The notes: a model not told the origin generated them from the sequence alone. A stretch of DNA of 64,000 nucleotides from Pirellulales bacterium (GCA_963733035.1 CAVTBU010000007.1:64001-128000), one strand, 5' to 3'; numbered from the stretch's first letter, positions 10,815 to 22,974 are shown. Translations and numbers: made by a program.

Positions 10815-12218
10815 TTAAGGGCTTTCGTCTTCTGGTAGTCCTCGAAGAGGCGATTGCGCGAGTTCCTCGACGATCGCTTGCCATTGTTTTGTCTCATGGG
10901 AAGTCCAACCCGGTGCCTTGGGAGCTTCGTCTTCCAGCGCGATTTTAATCTCGCGATTCGAGGTGATCAGGCCATGAAGCTGGCTGGCACGAGTTGGGTT
11001 CCAGCTCAGGTTATCTTTTGTGATTCGGATCTTGTAATCGGGATAGCGTGCTCCAGGAGGCCGCTGCCAAACGTAGAGATTCACAAGCTCTGGCGGCAGA
11101 CACTTAAACTCAAAATATCCGTCCGCTCGTGCCGGCATCTCGATCTGATCGCGCGTCATCGCGCGTGTGATGCACACCCGCGTGTGCTCTGGCAACGCCG
11201 CTCCACCCTTCAATTTCAGCCATCCGCAAAGTCCAAAACCCGGTTTCGCATGAAGGTCACCCAGGTCGATTTCGTCGCCATCGCCGCCCCGCAGTGGCAC
11301 GGCCGTCAACACCCCTTGATCTCCAAGGCTTTTCATGTATCCGAACACGCAGAGGTCCTCGTCAGGCGTCAAGGTTGCCAGCATGAATCGCCCCTCTTCG
11401 TCAGTCGTGGTATCCCACGGTCCAAACCAGCAGCCGGAATGATGCTTCGTCCAGATTGCTCCGACGTCGATACCAGCGGCTGGTTCGCCGTCCAGGATCA
11501 CACGTCCGCGTACGCCAACACCTTTGACGAGTTGCAGTTCCTGGTCGGAGACTCCCGTCGGCACGTTCATGAAAAACTGCCGCACCGTTCGGCGCGCGGC
11601 GACTTCCAGGTGCATCGCTGAAAGGTACTTCGTGCTGCTGATCGAAAAGCGGCCATCGCGATCGGCGACCGTCGACTCCGCCACGTTGTCCATCGGCCCT
11701 TCGAGGCCAGTGTCGCCCTGTCTGTAGCCACGCGGTACGACGATCGCACCAGCCGCCGGAGAGCCGTCGGGAAGCAGCACCTGCCCACGAACGTCGTTCG
11801 CCGTCGAGCGGACGAACTTGAGCTTGCTCGGCACAAGAGTGACTTCGACTGGCCTTTTTTCGGGAATCACGTCTTCTATCAGCGCCCGCTTCAATCCGGC
11901 AGCTGCGACAACCACCGTGAAGCTGACGTTGCCGGCCAGGTCAGCAATCGTGAATCGGCCGTCAGCGTCGGTGAAAGTGTGTTTTAGGCAGTCGGAGTGA
12001 CTGTATCGCGAGAGCAACGGTTCGCCCTCACGCGGCGCGACCGCCGCAATCAGCACGCCGGCACCGGAGATCGGCTTTGCATCTGGGCCGATAACCCGGC
12101 CGGCGAGGGTAACAGACGTAGAGCTGTCGGCGCTCGCGATATGAGCAACCTCCGCGACAAGAGAAGCCGCCGCCATCACCAGAGCCGCGCGGCGCAGAAA
12201 AGAATGATCAAACATCAC
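10815..12218 (-). CDS. Secreted protein with repeated carboxypeptidase-regulatory-like beta-sandwich domains
   Basis: Signal peptide; repeats of GRV...G.P..GA.V and TD..GRF. Confidence 0.75.
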   Translation of the reverse strand: MMFDHSFLRRAALVMAAASLVAEVAHIASADSSTSVTLAGRVIGPDAKPISGAGVLIAAVAPREGEPLLSRYSHSDCLKHTFTDADGRFTIADLAGNVSFTVVVAAAGLKRALIEDVIPEKRPVEVTLVPSKLKFVRSTANDVRGQVLLPDGSPAAGAIVVPRGYRQGDTGLEGPMDNVAESTVADRDGRFSISSTKYLSAMHLEVAARRTVRQFFMNVPTGVSDQELQLVKGVGVRGRVILDGEPAAGIDVGAIWTKHHSGCWFGPWDTTTDEEGRFMLATLTPDEDLCVFGYMKSLGDQGVLTAVPLRGGDGDEIDLGDLHAKPGFGLCGWLKLKGGAALPEHTRVCITRAMTRDQIEMPARADGYFEFKCLPPELVNLYVWQRPPGARYPDYKIRITKDNLSWNPTRASQLHGLITSNREIKIALEDEAPKAPGWTSHETKQWQAIVEELAQSPLRGLPEDESP

Positions 12219-12431
12219 TCACCTCACTGTTCTGGAATTGAGGTTGACTGAAGGGTAGCGTACCCGCGCCGGGCGGGGGCTGCGAGAAGAACCTGCTAGC
12301 GGCCCTCATCCACCGCTGGGCAAGACCCGGCCATCACTCGGATTGACCAAATTTGCCGAACGTGTCAGGTTGTGCACTTCTGATCGGGCGCAACACGCCT
12401 CGGATGGTTTGGCTGTAAGGAGTACGGTGCC

Positions 12432-14440
12432 ATGAGTTACGTGCTGATCGCCTTGACTGTCGGCCTGGCCGCCCAGGCTCCAGGGGCCTCGCATGACGGG
12501 CAGCCATTCAAGCCAGGACGCCGCGCGGCGCCAGCCGCCGCCGCGCCGGCCGACTGGGGCGAGTTTGGAAGCAGTCCTCAACCTGCTCAGAAGCCCGCCA
12601 CCCAGCCTGGCTTTCCGGACCATTCCGCAGCAGAACCGACTCCCCCGGTGGACCGCTATCGCGGAAACGACGAATCGACCGAGCGGCTCGAGACAATTGG
12701 TGCTCAGCCACGGCAACGACTTCGTCCGCCAGAGCTGATCGCCGAGGCACTGGAGAACCCTCACCAGTCCGCCCTCACCGGCACGCCGCTGACGCTCTCG
12801 CAAGCCTTGGCGAAGATGAGCGACCGCAACCAGCAACTCGCTGTCACCAAGGCCTATTGGCAACTTGCCGCCGCACAAGCCAGCTACCACTGGGCGCTCG
12901 AACAACGTGATTTGCTCCGCGATCAGACTCACTCGCATACCAACCACCCCGGCACGCTTGGCGCCCGAGCGGCCGCGCGGGCCGACGTTCGCGACGCGCA
13001 GCTGGCGGTGGAACAAGCGCAAGTCGAGCTGACGAACCTGATTGGCCCCTCGGATAACCGTACCGCGATCCTAACGACCGATCGCCCACATGTGGGCGAC
13101 TACCGGACAAACTACGAAAGTATTTTTGGCAACCGTCCGGCACCGCCCCGGATCCGCCTGGTGACGCGTACGCTTCCGGTCCGCCGCAAGGCAATCGATG
13201 CCCATGCCGAAGCAATCGTCGCGGCGCTCGACGCCGTGGAAGCGACCGGTGAACAGTTCCGCACCACGGGACAGGGGTTGCCCACGTTGCTCGACGCCCT
13301 GGCAATGCTCAAGCAAGAGCGCGAGGCGTTCATTGCCGAAGTGCGTGAGTACAATCTCGACATTGCCGACTACGCGTTCGCGGTCGCACCCGCCGGTGCG
13401 GCCGGGCGCACGCTGGTTTCGATGCTCATTCGCACGTCGGTTCCCACGACGGCGTCCGATCCGAACCGAGCCGCCGACCCGACCGAGCCGGCGCTGCGCA
13501 AGACGTTTCGCAGAAGTTTGCCCTCTGTCGGTGACGGTGCTCGACACTCGTCCACCGATGCCGACGCATGGACGGCTTATTACCAACAACGGGGCGCGAC
13601 GGCCGTCGATACGCGCGGTTGGTATGAAGGACTGTTGGACGTCGCCAGTCCGCCGGTTCGCGTGCAAAAGTTGGGCAACCTGCTGCATTGGGACCGCAAC
13701 TTGTCGACCGATTCCGGCCAACCGGTCGCGTTGGCCGATTGCCTGCGCAATGCGCCAGTGCAAAACCGGATGGCGGTGATCGCGGCGTTCTGGCGAGCCC
13801 GAGAGAAAGCGGCAACCGTGCAGCTCTTTCAAGACGAACAAGAGCAACTCAACGCGCTGCAATCGATTGCGGTGCCGCGCCCTGGATTTCCCTTCACGCC
13901 TGAGCCGGGCGTACGGTTGCAAGCCGCGCGCGCGCCGCGCGAGCCGCCGTACTGGATGCGCAAATCGAGTTGTACGCGGCGCAAGCCGAATTGATGCAAG
14001 CGCTGGGGCGGCCGCTCGACGGAGCTTGGATCTTGCCCGCCACGCCCCCGCAAGCCGGCCGCTACATGGTTTCCATTCGCGCCCGGCGGGGACACTCGGA
14101 GGCCACCAAGGTGGCCGAGCGGCTGGCGCTGGAATACGACAAGCTGCAGCATCGCGCGGATGCCGTGATGCAGTGCGACGCCCACCGGGCGGAGTTAGTG
14201 CGGCTGGCAAGCCAAAATGATGCCGTGCACGACACGGCCGACAACCGCATGTCTCCGCTCGATCGCGTGCTATGGGCCGTGAATCGGCAAAACCAGCAGA
14301 CACGGGGCTTTCTGAGCGATCTTACCGAGTACAATAGGGCGATCGCCCGATACGCGCTGATGACGCTTCCGGCCGGCGTGCCGGGCGATCAACTGGCGCG
14401 CAAGTTGGCGATCAACCGAAGTACGGTGCGGGATTCTTAA
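12432..14440 (+). CDS. Exported helical protein with a tandem internal duplication (distant TolC/OEP-like); frameshift near 13935
   Basis: Signal peptide; two similar halves (see findings). ORFs 12432..13994 and 13970..14440. Confidence 0.6.
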
Positions 14441-14497
14441 ATCGCGTGAAAGTTCCTCGTTCGGCATGGCATAGCTCGGCAGGCAACCTTTCGACGG

Positions 14498-15517
14498 TGG
14501 ATGCGCTTCCGCCGGCGCCCCAGGTCGGTCCACTACGGATCGGTCCCGTGGTGATCGACCCGCCCGTGCTGCAAGCGCCGATGGCCGGCTTTACCAACTT
14601 CGCCTATCGGCAAATTGTCCGCGAGTTTGGCGGAGCGGGCCTGCAAGCCACGGAAATGGTGCACGCCAAGGGTTTCCTGTGGCTCGAAAAGGAAGAGGAC
14701 GAACTGCCCGACCGCCTCTGGGGCGTGGCCGACGAACCGCGGCCGCTGGCCGTGCAGATTTGGGATAATGACCCGGCCACGCTGGCCGAAGTCGGCGCCA
14801 AGCTGGCCCATGAGTTTCGGGTTAGTGTGGTCGACATCAATTTCGGTTGTCCGGTGAAGCAGGTGACCGAACGCGCCCACAGTGGTTCGTACCTGCTGCG
14901 TTGTCCCGACAGGGTAGGCGCGATCGTCGAATGCGTTGTCAAAGCTTGCGCCGACGCCCGTGACGGCGAAGATTCGCCTGGGTTGCACGCGCAATTCGAT
15001 CAACGCCATTGAAGTGGCCCAGGTCGTCGAACAGGCCGGCGCCGCGGCGCTCACCGTTCACGGCCGCACGGCACAGGATTTCTTTTCCGGCTCGGCCGAT
15101 TGGGAGCGGATAAGCGAGATCAAACCCCACCTCAAACGGATTCCTCTCATAGGCAACGGCGACCTGGCTTCGCCCGAGGCCGTGTTGGCCGCTTTTGCCC
15201 AATACGACGTCGACGGTGTGATGATCGCCCGGGCCGCGCTCAACAAGCCGTGGCTGTTTCGCCAGGTGAAGGCGGCGCTGGCCGGCGAACCGATTCCTCC
15301 GGATCCCACGCTGGCGGAAGAGCGGGCCCTGTTGATGCGGCACTACGACCTGGTGTGCGATCGGTTTGGAAGCGTCAAGGGGACGATTCTGATGCGGAAA
15401 TACGCCTGCTGCTATGCCCAGGGGCGCAGTGGTGCACGCGAGTTTCGCACACAGGTGTCGAAGGTTTCGACGCCGGCCGAATTCTACGCGATCGTGGAAC
15501 AGTATTTTCCGCGCTAG
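14498..15517 (+). CDS. dusB: tRNA-dihydrouridine synthase; frameshift near 14945
   Basis: LQAPMAG, DINFGCP, PVTAKIRLG, VHGRT, IGNGD, GVMIARAA. Start is approximate. Confidence 0.9.
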
Positions 15518-15613
15518 GAGCGGCGACGACCGCAGTGCAATCCAGAACGAAATGAGCCACGCGTCGGAACGGCCGCTCGTGGCTCTGATTATTTTTCGGT
15601 TTCTCGGGCAGCG

Positions 15614-16209
15614 TCAGGCCGTGTGGCCGTTGCCAGCGTGGACCAGCGGCACGTCGACGACGTGCTGCGAGAGGAACCAGACTTGCAATTCGTTCAAGCG
15701 AATCACGCCGCTGACGATCAGATCGTTCGTGCCGTCGTCGCCGCTATCGGTCGCTTGCCGGGCCATGCTGCGGGCTTCCAACAGAACAATTTCGTGGGCT
15801 TGCAGCAGCCGCGAAATCTGCACGGGGGCTTCCTCGCGCCGCGCGGGGGTCGCGGAATCGAGGTGGTCTCGGCCACGTCGGCCGCCATGGCCAGGGCCAC
15901 GCCGCCCAGCGTCATGATTCGTTCGGCAATTGTGTCGATCAGCGCTGTCTGCTCACCGGCATGCTTGTCGAAAAGCAAATGGAGCTGATAGAACGTCGGG
16001 CCGGTCACCGCCCAGTGGTGCTTCTTGTAAAGATCGCGCAGCGTAATCGTGTCGGCCAGCAACTGGTTCAGATTCTCAGCGTTCGTGCGGCGCTCGTTTT
16101 CGCCCAGGGCCAACGGCATGCTGACCACATGACCATAGGCCTGAATCTCGTGAGCCTTCTGGTTGACCAGCGGCGTAGCGCGGCCAGGAGCATCTTTCGT
16201 GGTGGCCAT
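15614..16209 (-). CDS. dps: Dps ferritin-like protein; frameshift near 15830
   Basis: KHHWAVTGPTFYQLHLLFD and DTIAER; C-terminus GDDGTNDL...QVWF lies in ORF 15614..15823. Confidence 0.9.
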
Positions 16210-16390
16210 GTCTGACTCCATATGGATGTGCCTAGTGAATGAACCCCGAGACCAACAAGCTGAAAGCTCGGCCGCTTCGATTGCCCCGGCTCCGGATCGG
16301 CTGAATCCTCATTCGAATTATAGGTCTTTGTTCCCCGGGGGAAACTTTGCGGCGACCGAACTGACTGCGGACTGGATTCAACAAGCGGGC

Positions 16391-16981
16391 TCAAATGTCA
16401 TCTTCGTCGATGTCCTCCGCGTAACCCGGCGGAAATGGGCTGTCCGGCGAAGGTTGCGGAGGTTGCTCGCTGGCCGATTCCGGCTCCTCCAGCCCGAATT
16501 GGCGCATCCAATAGCGAACCTCGACTTCGCTCGGAGGCCCGGCGGGTTTGCCGGGTAGACTCTTGGTGCGTGAGCGGTCGATGCGTCGTCGGAGCGCTTC
16601 CACATACCAGACGTCGCTGTCGACTGCCTTGGCCCGCCGTCGCCGCGCGGCACGATGCAAGCGGTGATCGCTCGAGACGACGGTCAGCCGTCGCGGCGCG
16701 TGATTGGCCGCGATCAATTCCTCGATCACGGTATCGGCATCCGAGCCTTTGGGTGCGAACCGTACGGTGATGCCTCGATATTTCGTGACGCGCGGCAACC
16801 CAGGCGGCGCTTGGCGGGCGTCGAATACGACCGTCGTGCGGGCCAGTTCACGCTCGGCAAGCGACTCGGCCAAGAAGTTGAGCAGCGCGTTTCGTGATCG
16901 TTCAAGACTTCCAGGCCCGACGCCGCGGGCGAGAATACCGCTGGCGTGCAGCAAGTTGTAGCCGTCGATCAGCAGGGCCAT
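16391..16981 (-). CDS. NYN-domain (YacP-like) RNase
   Basis: LLIDGYNL, VVFDA, ADTVIE, VVSSD. Confidence 0.85.
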   Translation of the reverse strand: MALLIDGYNLLHASGILARGVGPGSLERSRNALLNFLAESLAERELARTTVVFDARQAPPGLPRVTKYRGITVRFAPKGSDADTVIEELIAANHAPRRLTVVSSDHRLHRAARRRRAKAVDSDVWYVEALRRRIDRSRTKSLPGKPAGPPSEVEVRYWMRQFGLEEPESASEQPPQPSPDSPFPPGYAEDIDEDDI

Positions 16982-16989
16982 CGTGCCGC

Positions 16990-18327
16990 TTAGCGGGCAC
17001 GTACGGGACGACGCCCGACGTGCTCGCTGTCGTCCGCCGAAGCGTGAAACTTCACTCGCCCGCCGACGATCACGGTGTCAGCCCGGCCGTGCAGCTTCCA
17101 GCCGGCAAAAGGCGTGTTGGTGCTCTTGGACCGAAATTTCTCGGGATCGACCGTCCACTCCGCTTCCGGGTCGATAACCGTCACGTCGGCATCGGCTCCC
17201 ACGGCCAAGGTGCCTTTGTTGATTCCCAGGATTCGGGCCGGGTTGATCGTCATCTTGGCGATCGCCCGCGGCCAATCGAGATGCCCGGGCTCGATTAGCC
17301 TGGTTGCCACCAGCCCCAGGGCCGTTTCCAGGCCAACGATGCCGAACGGTGCCTGATCGAGCTCGCGCATTTTCTTTTCGCGAGCATGCGGCGCATGGTC
17401 GGTGCAGATAACGTCGATCGTGTCGTCGGCGAGTCCCGCGATACATGCCTCGACATGGGATTCGCCGCGCAGCGGCGGGCTCATTTTGAAGTTGGAGTCG
17501 AACGCCCGCAGGCATTCGTCAGTGAGCGTGAAATGATGCGGGCAAACTTCAGTCGTGACCCGCACTCCGCGGACTTTTGCCCGGCGAATCAGGTCGATGC
17601 TGCCGCTTGTCGAAACGTGCATCATGTGGACGCGTCCGCCGGTGGCCTCGGCCAGGGCGATGTCGCGGGCCGTCATGACATCTTCGGCCGAGGCCGGCAT
17701 GCCAGGCAGTCCCAGGATCATCGACACCAGCCCTTCGTGCATCACGCCGCCTTGCGTCAATTCGCGAACTTCGGCGTGATTGAGGATCGGCTTGTCGAAC
17801 ATCTGGCAATATTCGAGCGCGCGCCGCATCAGTTCTGCATCGTAGACTGGCGCGCCGTCGTCGCTGAACGCCACGGCTCCGGCCTGCACCAGTTGCCCGA
17901 TTTCCGCCAGTTCCTTGCCTTCGCGGTTCTTGCTCACGCAGGCCACGACGAACACGTTGCACTGGTCGGCTCGGGCGGCCTGATGCTGGATGAACTCGAC
18001 CGTGGCCTGGCTATCGATGGGTGGTTCGGTGTTGGGAATGCAGGCGATCGAGGTGAAGCCGCCGGCCACCGCGGCGCTGGCGCCCGTAACAATCGTTTCA
18101 TCCTCTTCGCGCCCCGGCTCGCGGAGATGCACGTGCATGTCGATCAGCCCTGGAGAGACGATCTTTCCGTGGGCGTCGATCACTTGTTCCTGGCCAGTCG
18201 AAATCGCATCGTAGGCAGCGATGCGACCGCCTTCGACGAGCAGGTTGGTGATCCGATCGAGCCCTTGACTGGGATCGATAACACGGCCACCTTCGATCAG
18301 GATCGAACCGCTGGTTGCCACTTGCAT
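16990..18327 (-). CDS. pyrC: Dihydroorotase
   Basis: PGLIDMHVHLREPG, HVST, EVCPHH, TDHAPH. Confidence 0.95.
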   Translation of the reverse strand: MQVATSGSILIEGGRVIDPSQGLDRITNLLVEGGRIAAYDAISTGQEQVIDAHGKIVSPGLIDMHVHLREPGREEDETIVTGASAAVAGGFTSIACIPNTEPPIDSQATVEFIQHQAARADQCNVFVVACVSKNREGKELAEIGQLVQAGAVAFSDDGAPVYDAELMRRALEYCQMFDKPILNHAEVRELTQGGVMHEGLVSMILGLPGMPASAEDVMTARDIALAEATGGRVHMMHVSTSGSIDLIRRAKVRGVRVTTEVCPHHFTLTDECLRAFDSNFKMSPPLRGESHVEACIAGLADDTIDVICTDHAPHAREKKMRELDQAPFGIVGLETALGLVATRLIEPGHLDWPRAIAKMTINPARILGINKGTLAVGADADVTVIDPEAEWTVDPEKFRSKSTNTPFAGWKLHGRADTVIVGGRVKFHASADDSEHVGRRPVRAR

Positions 18328-18354
18328 TCCTTTCGCTGAACTCGTCCGTTTGTC

Positions 18355-19312
18355 TTACGAAGCGCCGCCGAGGGTCAGCCAGAGCACGGCCATCCGTACG
18401 GCCAACCCGTTGGTCACCTGTTCGAGAATTGCCGAGTGCGGCCCATCGGCCACGTCGGGCGTAATCTCCACGCCGCGGTTGATCGGCCCGGGAGCCAGAA
18501 TCAGGATGTCGTCTTTGGCCCGCTCGAGCCGTTCGCGGTTCATGGCATACAGCAAGGCGTACTCGCGAATTCCGGGAAAGGGGCGTGTGGTTTGCCGCTC
18601 GAACTGAATTCGCAGCAGATTCAACACATCGCAGCGGGGAAGTATCTTGTCCAGGTCGTAGGCCACTTCCACGCCCAATTCCTCCCACCGCTTAGAGACC
18701 AGCGTCGAGGGGCCGCACACGATGACGTGAGCCCCCAGCTTTTTGAGCCCCCAGATGTTGCTGCGCGGTGCGACTATGGGAGATGTCGCCGACCAAGGCC
18801 ACGGTCAGGCCCTTGATCCGTCCCAGCCGTTCGCGAATCGAAAGGATATCGAGCAGGCCCTGGGTGGGATGTTCGTGTGGTCCGTCGCCGGCGTTGATCA
18901 CCGAGCAATGGAGATTCTGCGCGAGCAAGTGCGACGTGCCTGGCGTGCGGTGCCGCACGACGACGGCATCAATGCCCATGGCCTCGATGTTTTTGGCCGT
19001 GTCGATGAAGGTCTCGCCCTTCGAGAGGCTCGAACTCGACGCGGTAAAGTCAATCGTGTCTGCGCCCAGCCGCCTGGCAGCCAGCGAAAAGCTCGTGCGG
19101 GTACGGGTCGAGTTCTCGAAGAACAGGTTAGCGCAGGTGCGGCCCGCCAAGATTGGCATCTTTTGCGTGCAATTGGACGTGACTTCCTTGAAGGCCACCG
19201 CACTGTCGAGAATGATCGTGATTTCTTCGGCCGTGAGGCTCTCGATGTCCAACAGATGACGGCGGGTCCAAGCGGCCGGAACGGCGCCAATATCCCACAC
19301 TTCGGTACTCAT
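18355..19312 (-). CDS. pyrB: Aspartate carbamoyltransferase catalytic subunit; frameshift near 18765
   Basis: [42 protein letters not shown]. Confidence 0.95.
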
Positions 19313-19581
19313 GTGCGGTCAACCTTCCTGTTGATCTGTGCGCAATGCGGCCCAACCTTAAAAAAACTGCGTACTGGGGGACAATGCAGCCGCTCCCTGG
19401 CATCCGCGGCCCCCGACTCCGCTTATTGGGAAGCCGCCAAAACTGCGCTCGCAGAATTCTAACGCGCCGGAGCACGGCTGAAAAGCAACCGGCGTGGGCT
19501 CGCCGCGAATTCAGATGGAAATGCCCCGATTTCTCGAAGCCGGTGCCACGGTCGGTCGGGGCCGCCGATTATAATCATGCC

Positions 19582-20437
19582 ATGCGAGATTCCCGATCAA
19601 TTCAGGTCCTCGTACTGACCCTCCAGGCGGACCACGCCGAGCAGATTGTGCAAGCGCTCGCCGACTGCGGCCACGCATGGTCTTGCAGTACCGACACTCC
19701 AGACGACCGGCAGGTAGATGTCATCGTCACCGACTTGTCGGCAGAGGAACTTGCCAGCCGACTTGGCAGGGCGGGGGGCGCGCGCGGGCTTGCCCAACGG
19801 CAGTAGCCTGATCGGTATTGGCGATGTTCCCTGGGCCGACGTGGCGCTCGCGCGCGACTATACTGACCGTGAGTTGCGACTGGCCTGCCAATCCGCCGCG
19901 CACATAGCCCGGCTTCGCAATCAACACCACGAATTGGCCCGCGCTCATCAGGAAGTCGCGCAACTTGCAGAAACCGATCCGCTCACGAGTTTGCCCAACC
20001 GTCGGGCCTGGGATTTGCGGCTTCCGGAGATGCTCGCCCGCGCTTCACGTCGTGGCGAAACGTTGTGGCTGGCCATTGTCGACCTCGACGCGTTCAAGAC
20101 CATCAACGACCGCGACGGCATGCAGCATGGAGACCGCGTGTTGGCCGACACAGGCAAGGCCTTGTCGACTGCGCTCCGCCGCAGCGATCTGGTGGCTCGG
20201 TTGGGCGGCGATGAGTTCGGTGTCTTGTTGGCGAGTATTCCGGCCGAGCGCGTCGAAGGCGTGCTCGATCGCTTGCGAGGCGCGATCGACTCCGGCGGCA
20301 AGGTGACGGCCAGCATCGGTTACGTAGCCGTGCGTCCCAATGCTGCCAGCGGCGAGCTGTTGGCGACCGCGGAAAAAGCCATGCGGGCCGCCAAGCGGGC
20401 CGGGGGCAATCGTATCGTGCGCGGCACAATGTCATAG
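19582..20437 (+). CDS. Diguanylate cyclase; frameshift near 19790
   Basis: TDPLTSLPNRR, DLDAFKTIND, RRSD I-site and an intact GGDEF. The N-terminus resembles a degenerate receiver domain. Confidence 0.85.
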
Positions 20438-20478
20438 CGCTGTCAACCGCCGCAGCGGTGCCGCGCGATAGGCTCTTT

Positions 20479-21219
20479 TCAGCCTGGTGAGACAACCAGG
20501 AAGCTCGCCAGCACATTGTTCGCCACGTGCGCCACGATCGCCGGCCAAAGAGAATTGGTCACGGCGTAGAGCCACCCCAGGAAGACGCTGATTGCAAAGA
20601 GACTGACCGACATCATCGCGAGGTTCGCAGTCGGTCCTTCCGACCAAAGGTGGTACGGCCAATGAAAGAGAACAAAAAAGAACGACGTCAGTACGTTGGC
20701 CCGCCAAAACGTCAGCTTCGCCATCAATTCGTTGAGCACAAAACCGCGAAACAGAATCTCCTCTAGCACCGGCGAGACCATATGGGCCGCTACAACGGCC
20801 AGCACCGAGGCCACTGACGCATCGAATAGCGTCAAGGACTTGCCGCTGAATAAGCGGTCGATGATGACGATCAGGCCCAGAAAGATCGCGGTCGATACCA
20901 GGCTGAAGCACCATTTCCGTGCACTCGGCAACGCGGTCAGCCCAAAATACCGTAGTGGAGATCGCTGCCTTGCGAATCGGACGAAGGCGGCCGCGGGCAG
21001 AACCCAAACGACGAACTTGACCAAATTCGAGTAGCTCCCGCGCAGCCATTCGTTGGCAATCGCTTCGTCAATACGCAGCAGCACCGTGGCTCGCAGCGTC
21101 CATCCTAGGTAGATGGCGACCAACAGCACGAGCATATCATAGGGCAACCTGACCGACCCCCGATCGAGACGCTCGCTGGGAGAATCAACAACGCGACCGG
21201 CAACGGGCTGTTTTTCCAT
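20479..21219 (-). CDS. CPBP (Abi/CAAX) intramembrane metalloprotease
   Basis: EEILFRG, FVLFH and HVANN motifs. Start is uncertain. Confidence 0.9.
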   Translation of the reverse strand: MEKQPVAGRVVDSPSERLDRGSVRLPYDMLVLLVAIYLGWTLRATVLLRIDEAIANEWLRGSYSNLVKFVVWVLPAAAFVRFARQRSPLRYFGLTALPSARKWCFSLVSTAIFLGLIVIIDRLFSGKSLTLFDASVASVLAVVAAHMVSPVLEEILFRGFVLNELMAKLTFWRANVLTSFFFVLFHWPYHLWSEGPTANLAMMSVSLFAISVFLGWLYAVTNSLWPAIVAHVANNVLASFLVVSPG

Positions 21220-21275
21220 CGAACAATGCCCCTGATGCGAAAGTCGCTGAAGAACGTCCGTCCCGCCAAGAATCG

Positions 21276-22901
21276 CTAGTAGTCCATTCGCCAGCGCACG
21301 TTGAACAGCCAAGCCATCGTGGCCAGCAGCAGCCCGTCAAACACCAAATAGAATGCCAAGTATGACGCAAAATACCACCAGTCGGGCGGAGCCACCGGCA
21401 TGTCGACCAGCATCACGTCGATTGGCAGCTTGAAGGCCACGGCAAACGGGCTGGGAAAACTGAGTTGTTGCAGCCACTGCGTGGCCGGCTCGCTGGGAAA
21501 AAAGGTCGTGGCGAAGAACGTGACCGCCAGCGGCAGCGTGAACAGCACGACGATCGCCAAATAGGTTGTCATCAGGCTGATCGACGTCTTGCGGAACATC
21601 ACCGAGCAAAACAGGGCCACGGTTGCCGTCGTTGCGCATACCACGAGCACGACACCCAAGTAACCGAACACGGCCGGCAGATTGCTCCAATAGGTGTTGA
21701 CCATCACGACGGCCAGCACAAGCGGCCAGAGCAGGAACATCGTTAGCACGCTCGATACCCGCAGGCCCGAGAGCAATTTGGGCCACAGGATCTGCCCCGG
21801 CGACAAGATGGTCGTTAGCAACAAGTCAAGCGTTTCACGCTCGCGTTCACTGGTCACGCTGCCGGCGGAAAATACTGGTCCCACGAGCATGTTGAACAGA
21901 ATCACGTACGAAATGTACCACGGCGCCAGGAACGGCCAGATGTAGAGAAAGGCGGCCATTAGCGGAATCGCCAACAGCATGCTCACTTGAATCACCACGC
22001 GGAGCATCAGCGTGCCTTGGCTGAAAATCTCGCTTCGCATTTCCTTGTCAAATACCGGATTGGCCCCATCAGCCAACAGGTCGGTGCGCTTCGTTGGCGC
22101 GAACAGCCAATCGGGAAACTGATCGCTCTGAATAATCAGGCCAACCGCTTCCTTGGCCTCGGTCTCCAGGTCGATGACTTGCTTTCCTTCGCTGCCGACG
22201 TCGGCTGGATGCAACAGCCGCGCGGTGGTGTTGCGAAACAGCGCCGTGCAAATCAACAGACACACCGCCGGAAGCACCGTGACGGTCAAGATCAAGCGAG
22301 TCTGTCCCTGACCTTCAAAGGCCATCCACAGCGCCACGCCCGCGAGCGACAGCGGCAGAATGATGAGGTACGTGACCACCAGCGATGCCGACGTGCGATT
22401 GAAGTAGCTGCTGGCCCACAAGCTGATCATGCCGAAAGTCAGCACCGACAAGATCAGTCCCAGGTACATGGCCAGCACTTCATACAGCGAGACGCCTCCG
22501 AGCGGCAGGCAGAGCATCACGATCGGCAGCGACGCGACGATTAGCAGCAGCAGATGACATAACGACGCCAAGAGCTTGCCGAGCACGATCGCCCCCGGCT
22601 TCAGCGGACTGGCCAACAGCATCTCGTAGCTTTTGCGTTCCTTTTCGCCGGTGATCGATCCGGCCGCGAAGCTGGGGGTCATCAACGACGCCAGCAGGTA
22701 CTGCCCCAGAAAGACCAGGTTGACCAGACGCCGCGAGGCCTCCGGGTTCGTCGTCAGGTCGAGCTGCTGCTGTTCTGGCCAGGCCAGAAAGACCACGATG
22801 CCCAGCAGTCCCAGGTAAAACAATAACAGCACGAACGCCCGCGTCATCCGCAGGTTCGTAAGCAGTTCGCGCTGGAGAACCGGATTTTCGAAAAGATACA
22901 T
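21276..22901 (-). CDS. ABC-2-type permease with two fused homologous TM domains
   Basis: NPVLQREL / NPVFDKEM and AGSITGEKERKSYEMLLAS / AGSVTSERERETLDLLLTT. Confidence 0.85.
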   Translation of the reverse strand: MYLFENPVLQRELLTNLRMTRAFVLLLFYLGLLGIVVFLAWPEQQQLDLTTNPEASRRLVNLVFLGQYLLASLMTPSFAAGSITGEKERKSYEMLLASPLKPGAIVLGKLLASLCHLLLLIVASLPIVMLCLPLGGVSLYEVLAMYLGLILSVLTFGMISLWASSYFNRTSASLVVTYLIILPLSLAGVALWMAFEGQGQTRLILTVTVLPAVCLLICTALFRNTTARLLHPADVGSEGKQVIDLETEAKEAVGLIIQSDQFPDWLFAPTKRTDLLADGANPVFDKEMRSEIFSQGTLMLRVVIQVSMLLAIPLMAAFLYIWPFLAPWYISYVILFNMLVGPVFSAGSVTSERERETLDLLLTTILSPGQILWPKLLSGLRVSSVLTMFLLWPLVLAVVMVNTYWSNLPAVFGYLGVVLVVCATTATVALFCSVMFRKTSISLMTTYLAIVVLFTLPLAVTFFATTFFPSEPATQWLQQLSFPSPFAVAFKLPIDVMLVDMPVAPPDWWYFASYLAFYLVFDGLLLATMAWLFNVRWRMDY

Positions 22902-22974
22902 CGAGTGGCTGGGCCGGGAAGTCAGTCACGGACGCTCATAGCGCGCCCTATCACTTCATCATACTGCAACCAGA

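Noticed and set aside
16391..16981. NYN protein as a toxin or defence nuclease
   Set aside because: It sits directly behind pyrBC with no antitoxin or defence context; it fits a housekeeping YacP-like RNase.
14446..19312. dusB, dps and pyrB as pseudogenes or programmed frameshifts
   Set aside because: Both halves keep intact motifs, there is no shared slippery site, and indels are scattered across the window. Sequencing error is the simpler explanation.
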